A stretch of DNA of 61,833 bases, the filler included, from Choristocarpus tenellus KU-1152 (lineage: Eukaryota; Protista; Phaeophyceae), in the NCBI GenBank assembly GCA_964200185.2. It is 10 parts of 10 records of this genome, joined end to end, with 100 filler letters (N's around TTAATTAATTAA, not from the genome) between each part and the next. Parts side by side here need not be neighbours in the genome. Positions count along the whole stretch, not along the records: positions 1 to 6,228 come from CAXNAD020008634.1; positions 6,329 to 12,296 come from CAXNAD020009296.1; positions 12,397 to 17,844 come from CAXNAD020010741.1; 7 more parts are not named here. One strand, written 5' to 3'. The position numbers were made by a program, and so were the translations under genes. The notes below the pieces were generated by a model. The model did not search any database. It had not been told where the DNA came from and was given only the letters and a program-made list of their open reading frames with translations. Positions within the stretch are counted from its first letter, which is position 1. Each line of letters starts with the position of its first letter. Shown here in pieces: positions 1 through 16,513 of this stretch.

Positions 1-654
1 CCCTAAGACCACACAAACAAAAATGAGGCCACGGGGTTTGGGGGGGGGGGGGTAAGTGTTCAAGGGTTGCGGTGAAGGGGAACAACCCAACATTTGGCAC
101 CTTTCACCATTGAGTATCCTCGTGTATAAACCTGTGTACTCCTACTAGCCAACAAAGGGAATGGCAATGGGGAATCACACTGTGACCCTAACCTTCACCC
201 TAACCCTTACCCTAACTATAACCATAACTATAATCACCGCCTCTTGCCAAACCTCTCTATAGTCCAGGGAAATGAATGCAACACAATGTCGAAAACAGGT
301 TAGTACCCTGCAGAGACTACAGTCCATAGTACTCGCCAGATCCATGCAAACAGGATGCATTTTAGTCTCCTATCTCGGAACCTGCACTAGGCGTGCCACA
401 GGAGCTCCAAACCCTAACCCTTTGTTCTACAACCTCAGTTGCAATCACTGCCGACACGTACCAAGTGACGATGCATCTCTGTGTACCATGTGCCACAAGG
501 ATGCGAACATGAATCCACATCTAGATCGACATGACCCTTGCAACACCCTCAACAAGGGACCTGTAAGCCAGTACCCCCACAGTGCATCACCTGAGCACTT
601 CACTCAAAAACCAACGGGAGCCTGGGAGGATCTCCAAATATGAAAAACCGTTAC

Positions 655-691
655 TTAGGGTTAGGGTTAGGGTTAGGGTTAGGGCTAGGGT
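655..691. repeat. Interstitial (TTAGGG)n tract
   Basis: TTAGGG x5 plus CTAGGG. Degenerate tracts also lie at ~185-216, ~4591-4637, ~10139-10165 and ~14009-14062. Confidence 0.85.
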
Positions 692-725
692 CAAACAAGT
701 TGTCACTTCGGTCAAAAATAAATCA

Positions 726-2438
<1,713 letters not shown>

Positions 2439-3014
2439 GGTGGCTCTTACTCTGGGTTAAGCTTCGGTCCCTCTTCAACCGCACACCAAGGGACCCACAC
2501 CCAGTCACTGCTTTTGGATAGCAGTTTACAACCCTCCGGCGAAGTATCCCTGATGAAATGCGTCGTAGAACTTCGATTCGTCTTCAATACTCACCCAACT
2601 GGTCTTCAAACCCTCTGCAGTGATTCTCTCAAATAGAGTCGGGTCCCAACAGTGGTTTTCAAAGAGACCGAGGGGCATTCAAACCCCCTCCTCTCCCCCC
2701 AACTCGGCGAAGACAAGAGTGGGCCCAGCCCCCACCAACCTCGGCCCTTAGCCTCTTCTAACACATACTTAAAACTAGTATTTGCTCCTGCTCTTCCCAA
2801 AACGACAACATAGAGCAACTGAAATAGTTGCGAGTCCAGTTTTATCAAAATATTAATTTTCAAGAACCAAGGTTAGGGATTGTTGGGGGTATGCGGTACG
2901 TATATATATGTATATACCGAGAATCAATATCCATCAGAGTAGTGGTGGAAATTGTCCCTTCCCGACAAACCATTTTTGTTTCACACTAATCATGGACACA
3001 GACACGGACTCGAC

Positions 3015-3093
3015 GAGGTGCTGACATAACATCATGAGGTGCTGACACAACAGGACGAGGTGCATACACAACAAAACAAGGTCCTGACCCTTC
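3015..3093. repeat. Four 21-bp-period repeats between the divergent SNF1 and SUOX genes
   Basis: GAGGTGCTGACATAAC (3015), GAGGTGCTGACACAAC (3036), GAGGTGCATACACAAC (3057) and AAGGTCCTGACCCTTC (3078). Confidence 0.8.
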
Positions 3094-3174
3094 AGCTGTA
3101 ACAACTCGAAGCTTTGAAAGTGCTGCACAAGGAGAGAATACTACCGACGTTGCTAACGCAAAAGGTTTCGCCAA

Positions 3175-5926
3175 ATGTTGGCACGTTGTGCAGCTTACGC
3201 TGTGCGCAGACGTTGCAGGTGACTGTGAATTTTCGAGCGACTGTGATGTCGTGGTGGACTGAGATTTTTCGTCAATGCAAGATGGGGGGTAAATCCAACA
3301 GTCCATCCAGGAGAAGATAATCTTAACCATGTCTTTGCATCATTGTCTGCCTTGTCGTTGGTAGGGCTGCTCTGCTAGGATCGGTTTTCAATAGCTCCTT
3401 CGATGGTCAATGCCGGCCAACAGCAACGAACTCACAAGCGTTCGCTTCAACGCCCAATGCACTAGGAGGTTCGTTAGCTGTGTTGATGGCTGCTGCCATT
3501 GGGACTGCTGTTGCCTCTATTCATCGTGATGAGAATCAATCAACCTTGTGTGAAGCACAGCAAGGGGGTGCCACGAACTTGCCAACGTTTTCGCGCGCAG
3601 AGGTCGCGAAGCATAGGAGGATGGAGGATGGTGTGTGGGTCACATATGGGGATGGTGTGTACGATATCACAGACTTCGTTGAAAATCACCCAGGTGGTTC
3701 GTCAAGGATCATGATGGCAGCTGGGGGGAAGTTGGAGCCGTTCTGGAAACTGTACGCTGTTCACAAGAAGGCTGAGGTAACCCTAAGGATTATGAAGCGG
3801 ATAGCACGAGGGAGAACCTGATGCCGACATTTTACTCAGTCGCAAAGTATTCCCTGAGATTATTCGTGTGTCTGCTGTTGCGTCCTTCAAATACAGATTC
3901 GCTCGTTGTAGATGAAGAGACGACGCTTTCGTTTGCGTCGAAATGTGGGACCATTCTGTTGTGTTGTGTACCCCTCGATGGATGAAACAGATTCGTAATT
4001 GGTGCTATTACTTTTATGCTGGACAATTCTTCTACAATAGAAGACAAGAGTGGACTGACTGTTAGTGCCGGTAAAGTGTCATACTGTTGAGCGATGTAGT
4101 AGCTCCAAACACCTGTCAGCTGTTGTTCGAGCGCTTCTACCATTTCTTCGGGCTGCTTTTGAGCGGCTTATGGTGTACTAGCGCTAGGACCACCGCTGGA
4201 GTTTGATTTGATAATAATTCCCAAAGTATGTTTTGCTGCCAGCACCCTTGATTTTGCAACAAGAGCCACAGTCTTACTATGACCCATTGCTCTGTTCTGG
4301 TTAGCATGGCCATTGGTTTCAGTACAACACACAAGTGCTGAGCAGGATGCAACGTTCCCCGGTGACAGGCTTCCATACAGTTCTTTGTTGCCCTTAAACC
4401 TTTCAGGTGCAGGACATCCTCAAGGAGTTCCAAATAGGCCGATTGTCCGAGAATGAGAGGGCAAGTACATGTGCAGGGGAAGAGGATTCAGACGATCCCT
4501 TCGCTAAGGTGGGGTACACTCACAACATCCCTCTACATAAACCTGACTGCACCGCTGACAGTGACTATACTACACAACGCAGAAAACGGTGTTAGAGTTA
4601 GGTGCTGCTACTTTGTTGGTGTTAGAGTTAGGGTTAGATCTTATAGATGGAAGGTGTGATTAGGATGGTTGCACGGTCTGCCCAGGGTCGTGCAATGGAT
4701 ACCATGCCAAGGATCTAACGAGCGGATTGCTTTCTCAAAATGCAGCATGTGTAGATGGCATTTGTGTCCACAGCCCTTGGGTTCTTTGTCATTATCATTG
4801 CTGTATTTTTAGTTGTCTTCTGGTGAGTGCATTTGTGGGTCACAAGCTGAAGCAACACCTCGCTGTCCATGTGTCCATTGCATTGCTTTTTTTTCCTCTT
4901 TCCTTGAATTGAACAGTTGTCCAAAACTGTGGGACATGCATGTGAAACCTTTCCTTTTAAAAGAGTGCTATCAAGGGCTGCCAATCCCTGAGACGGGCAT
5001 TGATGCGTCTGTCTGTAACTACCAAATTGTTACACCCTTTTGTCAGCCCTCGCACCAAATAAAAATATCCTGCTTTTTTTTATTTCAAGACGGTGCAGTA
5101 CCTTGACGAATGGCAACATTTGGGCCAATAGAATAGCCTGTGTCCCAAATTGAGACAGTTCGGTGTATTCACCCTACAAACTTCTCTTCACACGCGATCT
5201 CAGAAGACTTATTTTTCAGGTCATGTTTATTTTTTATTATTTTCACATTCTTACTGTCGCCACAGCAGTGTCATGCAATTTCAACCAGAAAACCCTAACC
5301 CTATCCCCAACTATTGTTACAACCATCATGCCAACGCAGTATCTTAACAGAGTTTCGTTTTGGCAGGCGGTATGGCGAGACCAAGAGGAAAGAACAAAGA
5401 ATAAAGAAATATAGACTGTACATAAATACATACATATATACATACTGTTACGTGTAGTATTGCCTGTACAGTGTGGTGGGTAAAGGCAGAGCAAATTGTA
5501 ACCCCCCACTGAACACTGACTTACTAATCGTCAGAAAAGGACAGGAAATTTCTGAATTGATCAGCACAGCCCAGCAGGCAGGGTACATAGTTCCGTTTTT
5601 CAACCACCGGTCGCAAATGCCCTAACCCTTTGCCTGCAATGTATCGCTCCGAATCTAATCTTATCAACTTTCGGCAGGATCCCTGGAGGCACCCATCCTT
5701 TGTGGTCAATAGTCAGCGCCCGTTCAATGCAGAGCCTCCTCCGGAGCTGCTCTTGGATGCTGGTTTCATTACTCCCAATGACCTGTACTATGTAAGGAAC
5801 CACCTACCTGTTCCTGACATCAAGGCAGAAGAGTATCGGCTTCATGTGGGGGTGGAGGGGAATACGGGGGGAGAGGGAAAGACTCTTAGCCTGTCCCTTG
5901 AGGATCTCAAGACAAAGTTTCCTCGG
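3175..5926 (+). CDS. SUOX: Sulfite oxidase with N-terminal cytochrome b5 domain plus Moco domain, 5' part, truncated at contig end
   Basis: Exons 3175-3218 ([14 protein letters not shown], Arg-rich presequence), 3365-3776 (hydrophobic stretch, then b5 domain [23 protein letters not shown]...[11 protein letters not shown]), 4407-4508 ([13 protein letters not shown]...DDPFAK) and 5678-5926 (DPWRHP...PFNAEPP...[17 protein letters not shown]). Junctions are GT-AG and in phase. Confidence 0.93.
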
Positions 5927-6228
5927 GTGAGTGAAGTGAAGGGGAAATACCGACTGCGCACTTCTGGAGGACCAGACAGACGCCTTCGTGCTCTGTATTC
6001 TTATTCTTTATTTGTTGGTGTTGGTGTTGGTGTTGGTGTTGGGAATAGGGAAAACCGCATTAAAAACCACATAAACACGTACATACATATATACACATTG
6101 CTTATTGTAGGTGTTGTGAGTGACAATGACACACAACGAGGATTTCACTCGGCTTGCTTCCCCCCCCTCCCCCCCCCCCCCCCCCCCTCCCCACACCAAC
6201 AACAATTATTACACACGTTTACATTTTA

Positions 6229-6328
6229 NNNNNNNNNNNNNNNNNNNNNNNNNNNNNNNNNNNNNNNNNNNNTTAATTAATTAANNNNNNNNNNNNNNNN
6301 NNNNNNNNNNNNNNNNNNNNNNNNNNNN
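6229..6328. other. Artificial contig spacer N44-TTAATTAATTAA-N44 (assembly artefact)
   Basis: The same 100-bp spacer, with stops in all six frames, also lies at 12297, 17845, 27877, 33542, 37163, 40959, 50395 and 53544. Confidence 0.97.
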
Positions 6329-9300
6329 CGACAACTACCTGTTGGGACTCCCCTTTTCCGCTTTTGCCCCAAATGGCCCCCCCGGGGCCGGCCCCCCCCC
6401 CCCCCCCCAGATACTTTGGGTCTAATTTTATTCGAGGGACCACATTGCTGTGGGAGTAATGGGAGTGAAAATAGGGGAAAATGGTGCCAGACTCCTAACA
6501 AGCATTGGCTGCCAAGGGTGCAAACCAAGTCAAACACATTTCAGGGATACTTGTTTCCTCACCATTGGGTGCAACCAAAGTCAAGCATTCCTATGACTCT
6601 ATTTTCAAGCAAGGGGAGATACAATATTTTGTATCCCTCTCACGTGCGTACCGTGCAAGACAAAGTAATTCCTGTCTGTCCATCCATCCGTCTATTTGTC
6701 CGTGCGTTGCCAGTACAGGATCTCTCATATACTCGGAGTACATACTACTACTGTATAAGACCAAGTAAACATTCCAAGTACAGACTCTCGCACTTATGTG
6801 GAATATAAAAACAAGTAATTTCTGTCTATCGTCTGACTTCTGTCCATCATCAGTACTGACTATCATCCTCACGCATACTTGTTCGTGCTTTTTCCAAAAT
6901 GGAAAATCTCGAAAAATAATCTTACCACTAATGGATCTTTGGGTTCCTCTCAAGTATGTACGCTGGTATTTTACTAAGGAATTCCTGCCTTCACAAACTC
7001 ATGTGTTTCTCCTCTTTCCCAGTTGTTTGAAGATTAGTCCTATTACACATTTCTGCATCCTACTTCACCTCGTTACCAGTACCGGCTCTCGTCCCAGGGC
7101 ATAACCTCATCCTCACACTCGTGCACACTTGTCTTTGAATTATATAAGAAACATGGATAACTAACCAGCACCAGGTCCATGCACATGCCTCTTTTCCCCC
7201 CCTCTCACATACTTCCCACTTAAGATTTAAAAAAAATCATGTCTGTTCATCCATCTGTTTATACATGCCAGCAGCGACTCTATCGGTTTTTTTTTTTCTT
7301 ACATTCAACAAAATAGGCTCCTTGCATAGAAAGACGAATAGATTGCCTCCTGCTTGAACAGACTACTCCAGCTCTACCAGAGATCACCAAGAGTAAACAT
7401 GTAGGGTCAGAAAAATAGTTATTATTTGGTAAACCCAGAACTGTTGTTTCATATGAACGGATGGATAGGTATTGATTCTATTATTAATCACTCCTCTACA
7501 ACATTTGGCAATATCCCTTTGTTCGTCACTCCTATCCATATATGAGTCGGAGGATACTTTCACACAATTTATTAGCACCAACCCTAGGTTTTTATCTGTA
7601 TGTGTCATGTCTTGAGATGGAGATTGGACACCAGTCTAAGATTGGGACTAAAGTGATGCCCCCCTTGCTGAAGATTGTCTTGAACAACTTTCCGCTACTG
7701 CGGAGGGTCTAATCAAGGCGATAATGGAATTAAAGCAAGACAGGACCATTGTTTTCAGACAGATGTTGATATTGGAGTCGGTGGCGGAGATCATCCAGCT
7801 TCTGTGCATGGCACATGGCCTCCAGGTGGTTGTGTACCAGTCGAAGTGGGGCCCAGATTGTCCCTATGTGGTGAGGGTTCCAAAATGAGGCAGTGAAATA
7901 TTCCTGCCATACAGACGACTCTTTCCATCTAGGACAGCACCATCCAAACACCATGGTCGTGACAGGGAAGCCTTGTGGATCGGAGAGATGGAGTGTGAGA
8001 GAGGAGAAAAGTTGGAGTGATAGCCGTGACACTTGAAAGTAATCCACGGACAACAGCCATTATTCCTAATGAGCTGATTCCTACACAAATTGACAGAAAC
8101 AATTGATGCAATACAGTTGGAGCTGCAGCTGTGACCAAGCCTGCACCAGATGGACCTGTAGCAGCTCACCACATTTGTCCTCGAGGAGGCATGCCCATCG
8201 ATTGGAGATGCCAAGATTCTTGCTTACAGAACGATAAAAGCAATCTCCGTTTTTCGCCACTAAGGGGAGTAGGACACCAGCAGGAGGAGCTACATCTGAG
8301 GTGCTTCCCACAGTAACACACCTCCACAACCCCCCACTCGCCTGAAAAAGGGTTAGTCAAATATCCAACTTCCAAGAGAGTAGCTAAGTGGGCAACCCCC
8401 TAGTACTGAGGTTCTTGCCATGATGGCAGACCTTGATCACTCTCTTTCTGCCTGTGAAAAGGCTCGAGCTAAACATCCAACTCCTGAGGGAGAAGGAGCC
8501 AAGCAACCAACCCTGGTAGGGGTAGGCGTTGCTCTTTCCAAGGTGGTGCTACAATTGAAGACCTCGATGACTCTTGCAGGGAAGACATCCTGGTAAGACA
8601 GTTGGTCGGTAAGGGCTGCCTGAACAAGACTGGTGAGACTGGGGGAGTGGGGCTTCAAAGTCTCATAGAGGAAGGGAAAGCTGTGGCATGTTGGCTGCCC
8701 AAAATTTCATTTAACCCCCCTGTGCCCTCATGTATTGCCTGGCCCGTTGCAGGGAAACGTAGGTGGAACAAAAAGCACTTCCAATGTCCCATCACATTCC
8801 ACCAGGCGTGGAGCTTCACATGTCTAATCAAGGGAGGGGATGCTATGGCATATTGCTAAGGCTAGTCAAGCTTGAACCCCTTCTCCTCCCATGTACTACC
8901 TGTCCCACTACTGGACTGGAGAGGATCCACAAGAGACATCTCCAGGGCTGCATGGTGGATGATTTGAGCTCAAGTGTAATGTGAATTGTTGCTATGTATC
9001 CATGCCTTGCATGTGCACTCCATTGCACACACCTCAGTATCATGTATGTATGTTTCAGGGGAGAAAAATTGACATGTACACCACATTAATATTTTTCTGT
9101 GTGTTATCTCCACTGTATGATTTGGTTGATCAAACACATCTCCATGCATGAATATTTGAGTCATAGCTACCTGTACTTCATTTCATGAGGACCTTGGCTC
9201 AGTTTCCTCTCCTGCTTTAGGTCTCTTGGGGAGGGTGGGGGGGAGATCAATGCAGTATGTCATGCATCCTGTATTTTGTACTGATATTGTGTTGTTTAAT

Positions 9301-10013
9301 ATTTCTTTCAATTCTTGGTGTTGTGTGTGCCTATCCTTTCATTTCCGACTCATACACCCACAGTGTTGAGCCACCTGTGACAAGCTGTACAGAAAATTGT
9401 AAGCTTTGTGTTCGAAACACTGAAGTAGCTTTACTTGTGGTGTCAAGTCAAATAGCGTTTTAAGTGAACAAAAGAAGATCGATTCTGCATTACGCAGAAA
9501 GTCATTACATGAAAATATAAATCAGGAGGACGAGGCGAATTTCGCCTAACATTGTGCACATGGTCTGCATCAAGTTCCAGAAAAGAAAGAAAGTGAGATC
9601 GTAATGCTCCTCTCTATCTTTGGCGAGTCATGATTTATGTGTGTGTCTGAGAGTGAATGAGATGTAAATTTTAACATTGATACACACAGTTAGGGCCCGC
9701 ATGTACAATGCGACATAATACCCTATTGAGAAAATTTGTAGGGAAAGCACCTCCATATTTCCTTTGAATCAACAAAACTAAGAGAGCAGCCACCAAACAA
9801 ATATAGTTTGAAAGACACCGAAGTCAATGGCAAAACAGATCGCAACCAGAACTTCTCTGGTCTTCACTGGACCACTGCATCTAATGCACCATCCTGAAAA
9901 TACTGTGTACACTTCAAACAATTCATTTGACATACCCACATGTTAACAAAAACGGGTATTAAGTCCAACAAGACATACAGAAGAGGCCTACAAAGAGACC
10001 GCAACAATACTGC

Positions 10014-11242
<1,229 letters not shown>

Positions 11243-12421
11243 CGTGTTTCCCTTACTCGAAATAGAACCCGTGATTACTTCCTTTTATTCAGCCACCTGG
11301 ACCGTCTTACAACGCTCTGTTTCAGCGGTTCTTACGTGTGTTGGGGGGTTGTGATATGTGTATGTCTATGTGGAAGGAGTTTTGCTTTGGAGGGTGGTTC
11401 GATCCATCAAATAACTAAAATGATAATTCCTTTACAAAAACCTACAATAATACACTTTTTTTTTATTAAGGACAATTGCGTAGAAAATATCGGGTTATTA
11501 TATCGGGTTATTATGTCAGGTTATTGTATCAGTGAGTATGAAGTGATTCGAGTTTTGTGTACATCAGAATTGGTTGTGGTAGACAAAGAAACCACATTAC
11601 ATTCTGACTAAGAAAAAGGTGGGTAGGGTGGATGGTGGTTGTAGAAGAGTGAATTTTTTTTAAGTAGAATCAGTAATCGAGAAGTTAAAAAACTGGTGAG
11701 GTGAGGTTGTAGGGAAGAGTATCTCAAACTTGTGACCAATCTTTCCCCCAATTGAAATGGGTGGGAGTGTCCGCCAGGAAAGGTGGAGACGCGTGCTGCA
11801 AGCAGAAAAAATGGTATGAGCAAGTTTCCCAGGCATTTTTTGTGGTGAAATAGACCTTCTGGGGCATTTTAGTGTAGGGTGGAATCTTGCGACAAATAAT
11901 GGGCATTAGAGATGAAATGAAAAGAGTCAGAAATGTTGTAGGGTGTTATCTCGTGTGATCCATAGTGAAAGAGATAGTTGAGGACTGAGCGCGATGCTAG
12001 GGCTGGCACAAAATGATAGATGCATCAATTTGTAGTTGGAACTAATTTTACAGTTGAGGCCAGTTGTAGGGCAATCGTTGGTTAGATTACTGTGAAATAA
12101 GTAACTGGGGGGATATCGGGTCTAACATCGATCAGTCATAGACCATGCCTTCCTTTCGCCACCACCATTGGTATTACTGGGGCATTCGTGACAAAATTCA
12201 AAGGTGTGAGATCTCATTATAGGGTGATACTTGGTGTGGTAGAGTCCTGGGTCAAAGTATCTGGGGGGTGTCGGCGTCCATTTTTCACCCTTTTCTNNNN
12301 NNNNNNNNNNNNNNNNNNNNNNNNNNNNNNNNNNNNNNNNTTAATTAATTAANNNNNNNNNNNNNNNNNNNNNNNNNNNNNNNNNNNNNNNNNNNNCCCC
12401 CACGACCCTCTCTCTCCCCAG

Positions 12422-14962
12422 GTCCCTAAAGATATCCCTTGGTATAGAAGGAGTGTATCCCAGATGTTCATGTCTGGCTTCCTTCCATTCAGCGCCATCT
12501 ATATTGAACTCTCCTACATATTTGCTAGTGTTTGGGGTCATCAGATTTATACCCTCTTTGGTATCCTCATCCTGGCATTTGTGCTCCTTATCATTGTGTG
12601 CAGCTTCATCACTGTGAGAGGGGTTCGGTTGGGACTTGGTTCTGGTACAATAGTGGTCCTAGTTTGGTTCTGAATGGGTGAAAGATGTTCCTTTATTAAT
12701 TGTGTACAGTTTGAGCATTTTATGTGTGTGTGTGTATTTTTGGAGTAAATTGGGGGAGGGGGGAGGGATGCAAGATGCACCTTGGACAAGATGTGGATTT
12801 GCCTGTGTGTGATTTTTGAAGGGGGAGGGGAGGGAGGAAATACTTTATTATCACAAAATATTAGGGTATGATTGTCCTATAGCTTTGTGCACACATGTGA
12901 GAAGGAGATTGGATTTGTTTCAAGATTCTGACACAAAAAGGAAGGCGTTTCTGGTTGTGAAGTAGGGGGAGGGTCAGGTTGAGCGGGTGGTGTATGCCGG
13001 TATGGAAAAAAAAATGAGACAATAATTTTTTTTTGTATGACCAGCTTGCGACGACCAACCTTCTTATCTGAGTATTGGCATCCTTCATATCTGCAGTTAC
13101 TCCATCCAGTGCTATGAAAATGACAATGAGACAATGTCATTTTGGTTCCTTGAATGTCTTGGTGTTGCTCATGCCATACTAGTTTGACCCATCCATCGTT
13201 GTTGTTGTAGCTGCCCCTAATCAGGAAGTAAATGTTTTTGTTTTTTCAGGGATTTTACTCCAAACTCTCCCCCCTGCCCCCTAACATTCTGACACACATG
13301 GAATAATATTTGTAATGTTGGTGCTGGGTGCTGCAGGTGGCTTTGGTTTACTTTCAGTTGGCGAGGGAAGATCACCGGTGGTGGTGGCGAAGTTTTTTGT
13401 CTGGTGGCGCCACGGGGCTGTTCATATACTGCTACTCGTTCTTCTACTACTTCAACCGCTCGAACATGGATGGCATGCTGCAGGTACTTTCTTTATAAAT
13501 TGATAATGAGATACAGTTGATTAGATTATGTGTTGATTATAACCACTGAGGTATGGTGGGTTGTGTTCACTTTTTTCCATCCCTTGGGGGAGGAGGGGGG
13601 ATTGCCAAGGCTGATGGTGGTGGTAGTGAGGTGGATTTGGGGAGGTAGGGGGTGTATCTCACAGGCAACAATAGATACATTTATATTTTTGCACAAGTGT
13701 AATGGGCAGTGTTTGTTGTGTTGATCTGATAGGGTAGATTTTCTGTTTGGTCTCTCTCTCTCTCTCTTGACATGGATTGACATGGATTTGGACTGATGAC
13801 ACATAACGTGGTATGTAATAAAATGAAATGTAGAATAATTTTGGAAGTGATGCGCGTATTGAATATTGCATTGTTGGACTGTTTGTCTGTAAATTCCTTT
13901 AATGGTTTTTTGCTCTAGGACGATGATGTGGTCAGAATGAGGTGCATGTACCTTTTTGTGGGTTTGAGTATGCTGAGGGTGATTTTGTTTTGCTGTAGGT
14001 GGAGTTTTGTTAGAGTGGGGGTTAGGGTTAGGGTTTGTGTTAGATTCTAACCCTAGCCCTAAAGAGTGAAAATGGGTGATGGGTGAAAGCTTGTCTAACC
14101 ACTACGGAGTAGTTATTATTATTTTTATTTTTTGTGATGGAGTAGTTAGTTTTTGATTCTCCATCTGTGTGAGTATGGGGTATGGAGTGACATGACCTAC
14201 CAGTTTTTTGCTATTATATACACTTGACTCTAAGTGTGTAGTGTGCAGGGTTACTGTCTGTCCATGTGTCATCTTATGCCAAACCAAAACCTACATAAGA
14301 GCAGTCGGTTAGGGGGAGGGCAGTACTCACATGTAGCTTGGGATACACCTGCTACAAAGTATTTTTGGGATTGTGTATGCAGCAGTATTTTCTTCTTTGC
14401 TTTTGTGTTGGAGGTAGTGTGTTGCTGCTTGGAAAAGAGCCAGTTGGTGTGGCAAGTGGCAGTGTACTTGAAACTTTTGTAACTGTGTGATGTGATGAAG
14501 AGCATGCATCACTACATTTCTGTCTTACTGATGAGCATTGCTAGAGGAGCGGAGCTCCACGTGGTTTTCTTGATGAAACAGGCATGTGACTTCTTTTTTT
14601 TGTTCTCTATTTTGTGAGCGGTATGTAATAGGGGCATCTATCTGCCCCTGATGAGAATCGATTTTCTCATTCGATTTTTTCGATGTTGCCGAGGTGCGTT
14701 ATTTTTTATAATTTTGTCTTTTTTATTTGGTATGTCTTCACGATGCCCAATATTCCCTTCCTGTGCATCCTTTGGGACACCAATTCAAACCAAACGTGTC
14801 TGTGCCTGTTGTGCCTGTGCCTGTGTGTATTTGCAGTCCTCATTCTACTTTGGTTATATGGCCATTATCAGTTACGCATTTTTCATCATGCTGGGGTTCG
14901 TGGGGTTCATGTCATCGCTTACCTTCGTCAAGCATATCTATGGAGTTGTGAAGTGCGATTGA
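12422..14962 (+). CDS. Transmembrane 9 superfamily (TM9SF/EMP70, TM9SF1-like) protein, last three exons
   Basis: Exons 12422-12613 ([10 protein letters not shown]...[33 protein letters not shown]), 13337-13483 ([27 protein letters not shown]...) and 14837-14962 (SSFYFGYM...[10 protein letters not shown]). Ends in the KxD/E Golgi-retention motif typical of the family. Confidence 0.93.
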
Positions 14963-16482
14963 TGAGCTTGGGATACAGAAGGGGGGGGAGGGGGGTGTCT
15001 CACCAGGAAAGGCTAAAGAAGAAACAAAGGGGGAAAGGGGTCTGTTTTTCTACTAGAAGAAGCACACATACAAGGGTACAAACATTTGTACTTGGCTGCA
15101 TGGATAGGCGTTGTAGATTGAGATCTGTGCAAGACTGGAGCACAACCTACTTGTATATGATGTGCTGAGTGGTGTGTGCTTGGCGTAGGACACATACACC
15201 CTTTTCTGTTGACCAGGCTGATTCTTTTCCTCACAAGCCAGTTCCAAGAAATGTAGCACGAACACCTCTTTGATTTTTAGGCCATGAAAACTTTAGCTGG
15301 TACTGGTTCAAACTGTGGTGGCTGGACCTGGTGCCTGGTGCAGGGGTGGTTGGATTTGTTGTCAATTTTGTTACAGTGGATGCAGACGGAGATTGTCATA
15401 ATGCTTCCTTTCCTGTGAGTGGAGAGAGGGTATAAGAATACTTGTGGTTAGCATGGGTCGTTGTTGTCTTTGCTTTGTTGGTTGAGGTTTGGAACTTGGC
15501 GGGGGGGGGGAGGGAGGGGGGTGGTGAGGAACACAGACGAAGTGGTTGGTTTGACACAGGGAACGTGCAGATGTTAGGACTGGGCACATTTCCCAGACCA
15601 AGGTAAAGAGGTTGTAGTGGTTGTAAAGTTGAACTGGGACTGGGCAAGACCTTTGGCCTGCAGAGACAATTTTGTGTTGAAGCGATTGAAGATCAACCTG
15701 TGAATGGTCAAACAATAGTAGTGCTGATGGCAAGTGAGGGCGTGAGAAAGCTGGGGCAAGATTTGTAGGAGTCTCATCTCTCTTTTGGGGGGGGAAGAAG
15801 TAGTGGTTCACACATGCCTCCTACCAGTCTGCCTAGGTGGGAAGAGGAGGGTTTCCCTTTCCACAAGCAGGGGCAGCCAGGAACTAGGCTATTCTTGTTG
15901 TGATGTCCCTGCTCCCTCTTGTTTGGTGCTTTTTCTTAGATGATACTCCTACTGCGACATGTCCAGATTTTTGTCGAAGGCAAGGGATTTTCTGAGTGCT
16001 GTCTGTGATTCGGTGTGCTCATTTGATTGATTATTTTCTCAAGACATGGCTAGGGACTTCCAGCAAAGCAGAGCGCTGGAATGTAAGGAGTGGGATGCTG
16101 TAGGAGAGGGGGTGGCTGGGAAAGGAAGAGACAGATGTTATCTATTCCGTCTCAGCATATTTTTTAGTGCCACAGCCTTCTGATTTTATTGTCATTCGTC
16201 TTGAGGGCCAGCAGCATTACCGCCTGCTTGTTTTGGGTGTTGCTCTATTGCTGGCTATTGGACCTCTATCTATAGTGTGTTATGTTGTGGTACTGTTGCT
16301 CTTGATATTTCTTGTGTACGTGTTTGATGACCCTATTGGGACGGGCGGGATTGCTGCTTTCTCTCAACTTGATTTGGTTGGCTTAGATGTTGGGTTACCC
16401 TTTCTGGGTATTGCTTGGTAAGAAGGAAGAGAAGAGTGACTATCAGTGGGTAAATTTTGTGGTATGTTGGTTTGGATTTCAC

Positions 16483-16513
<31 letters not shown>

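Noticed and set aside
6273-6284. Recurring palindrome TTAATTAATTAA as a biological motif
   Set aside because: It is always centred in exactly 44+44 Ns, so it is a synthetic six-frame-stop linker.
11600-12248. Possible decayed non-LTR retrotransposon 3' end on the minus strand
   Set aside because: The composition is suggestive, but I could identify no diagnostic motif or second copy.
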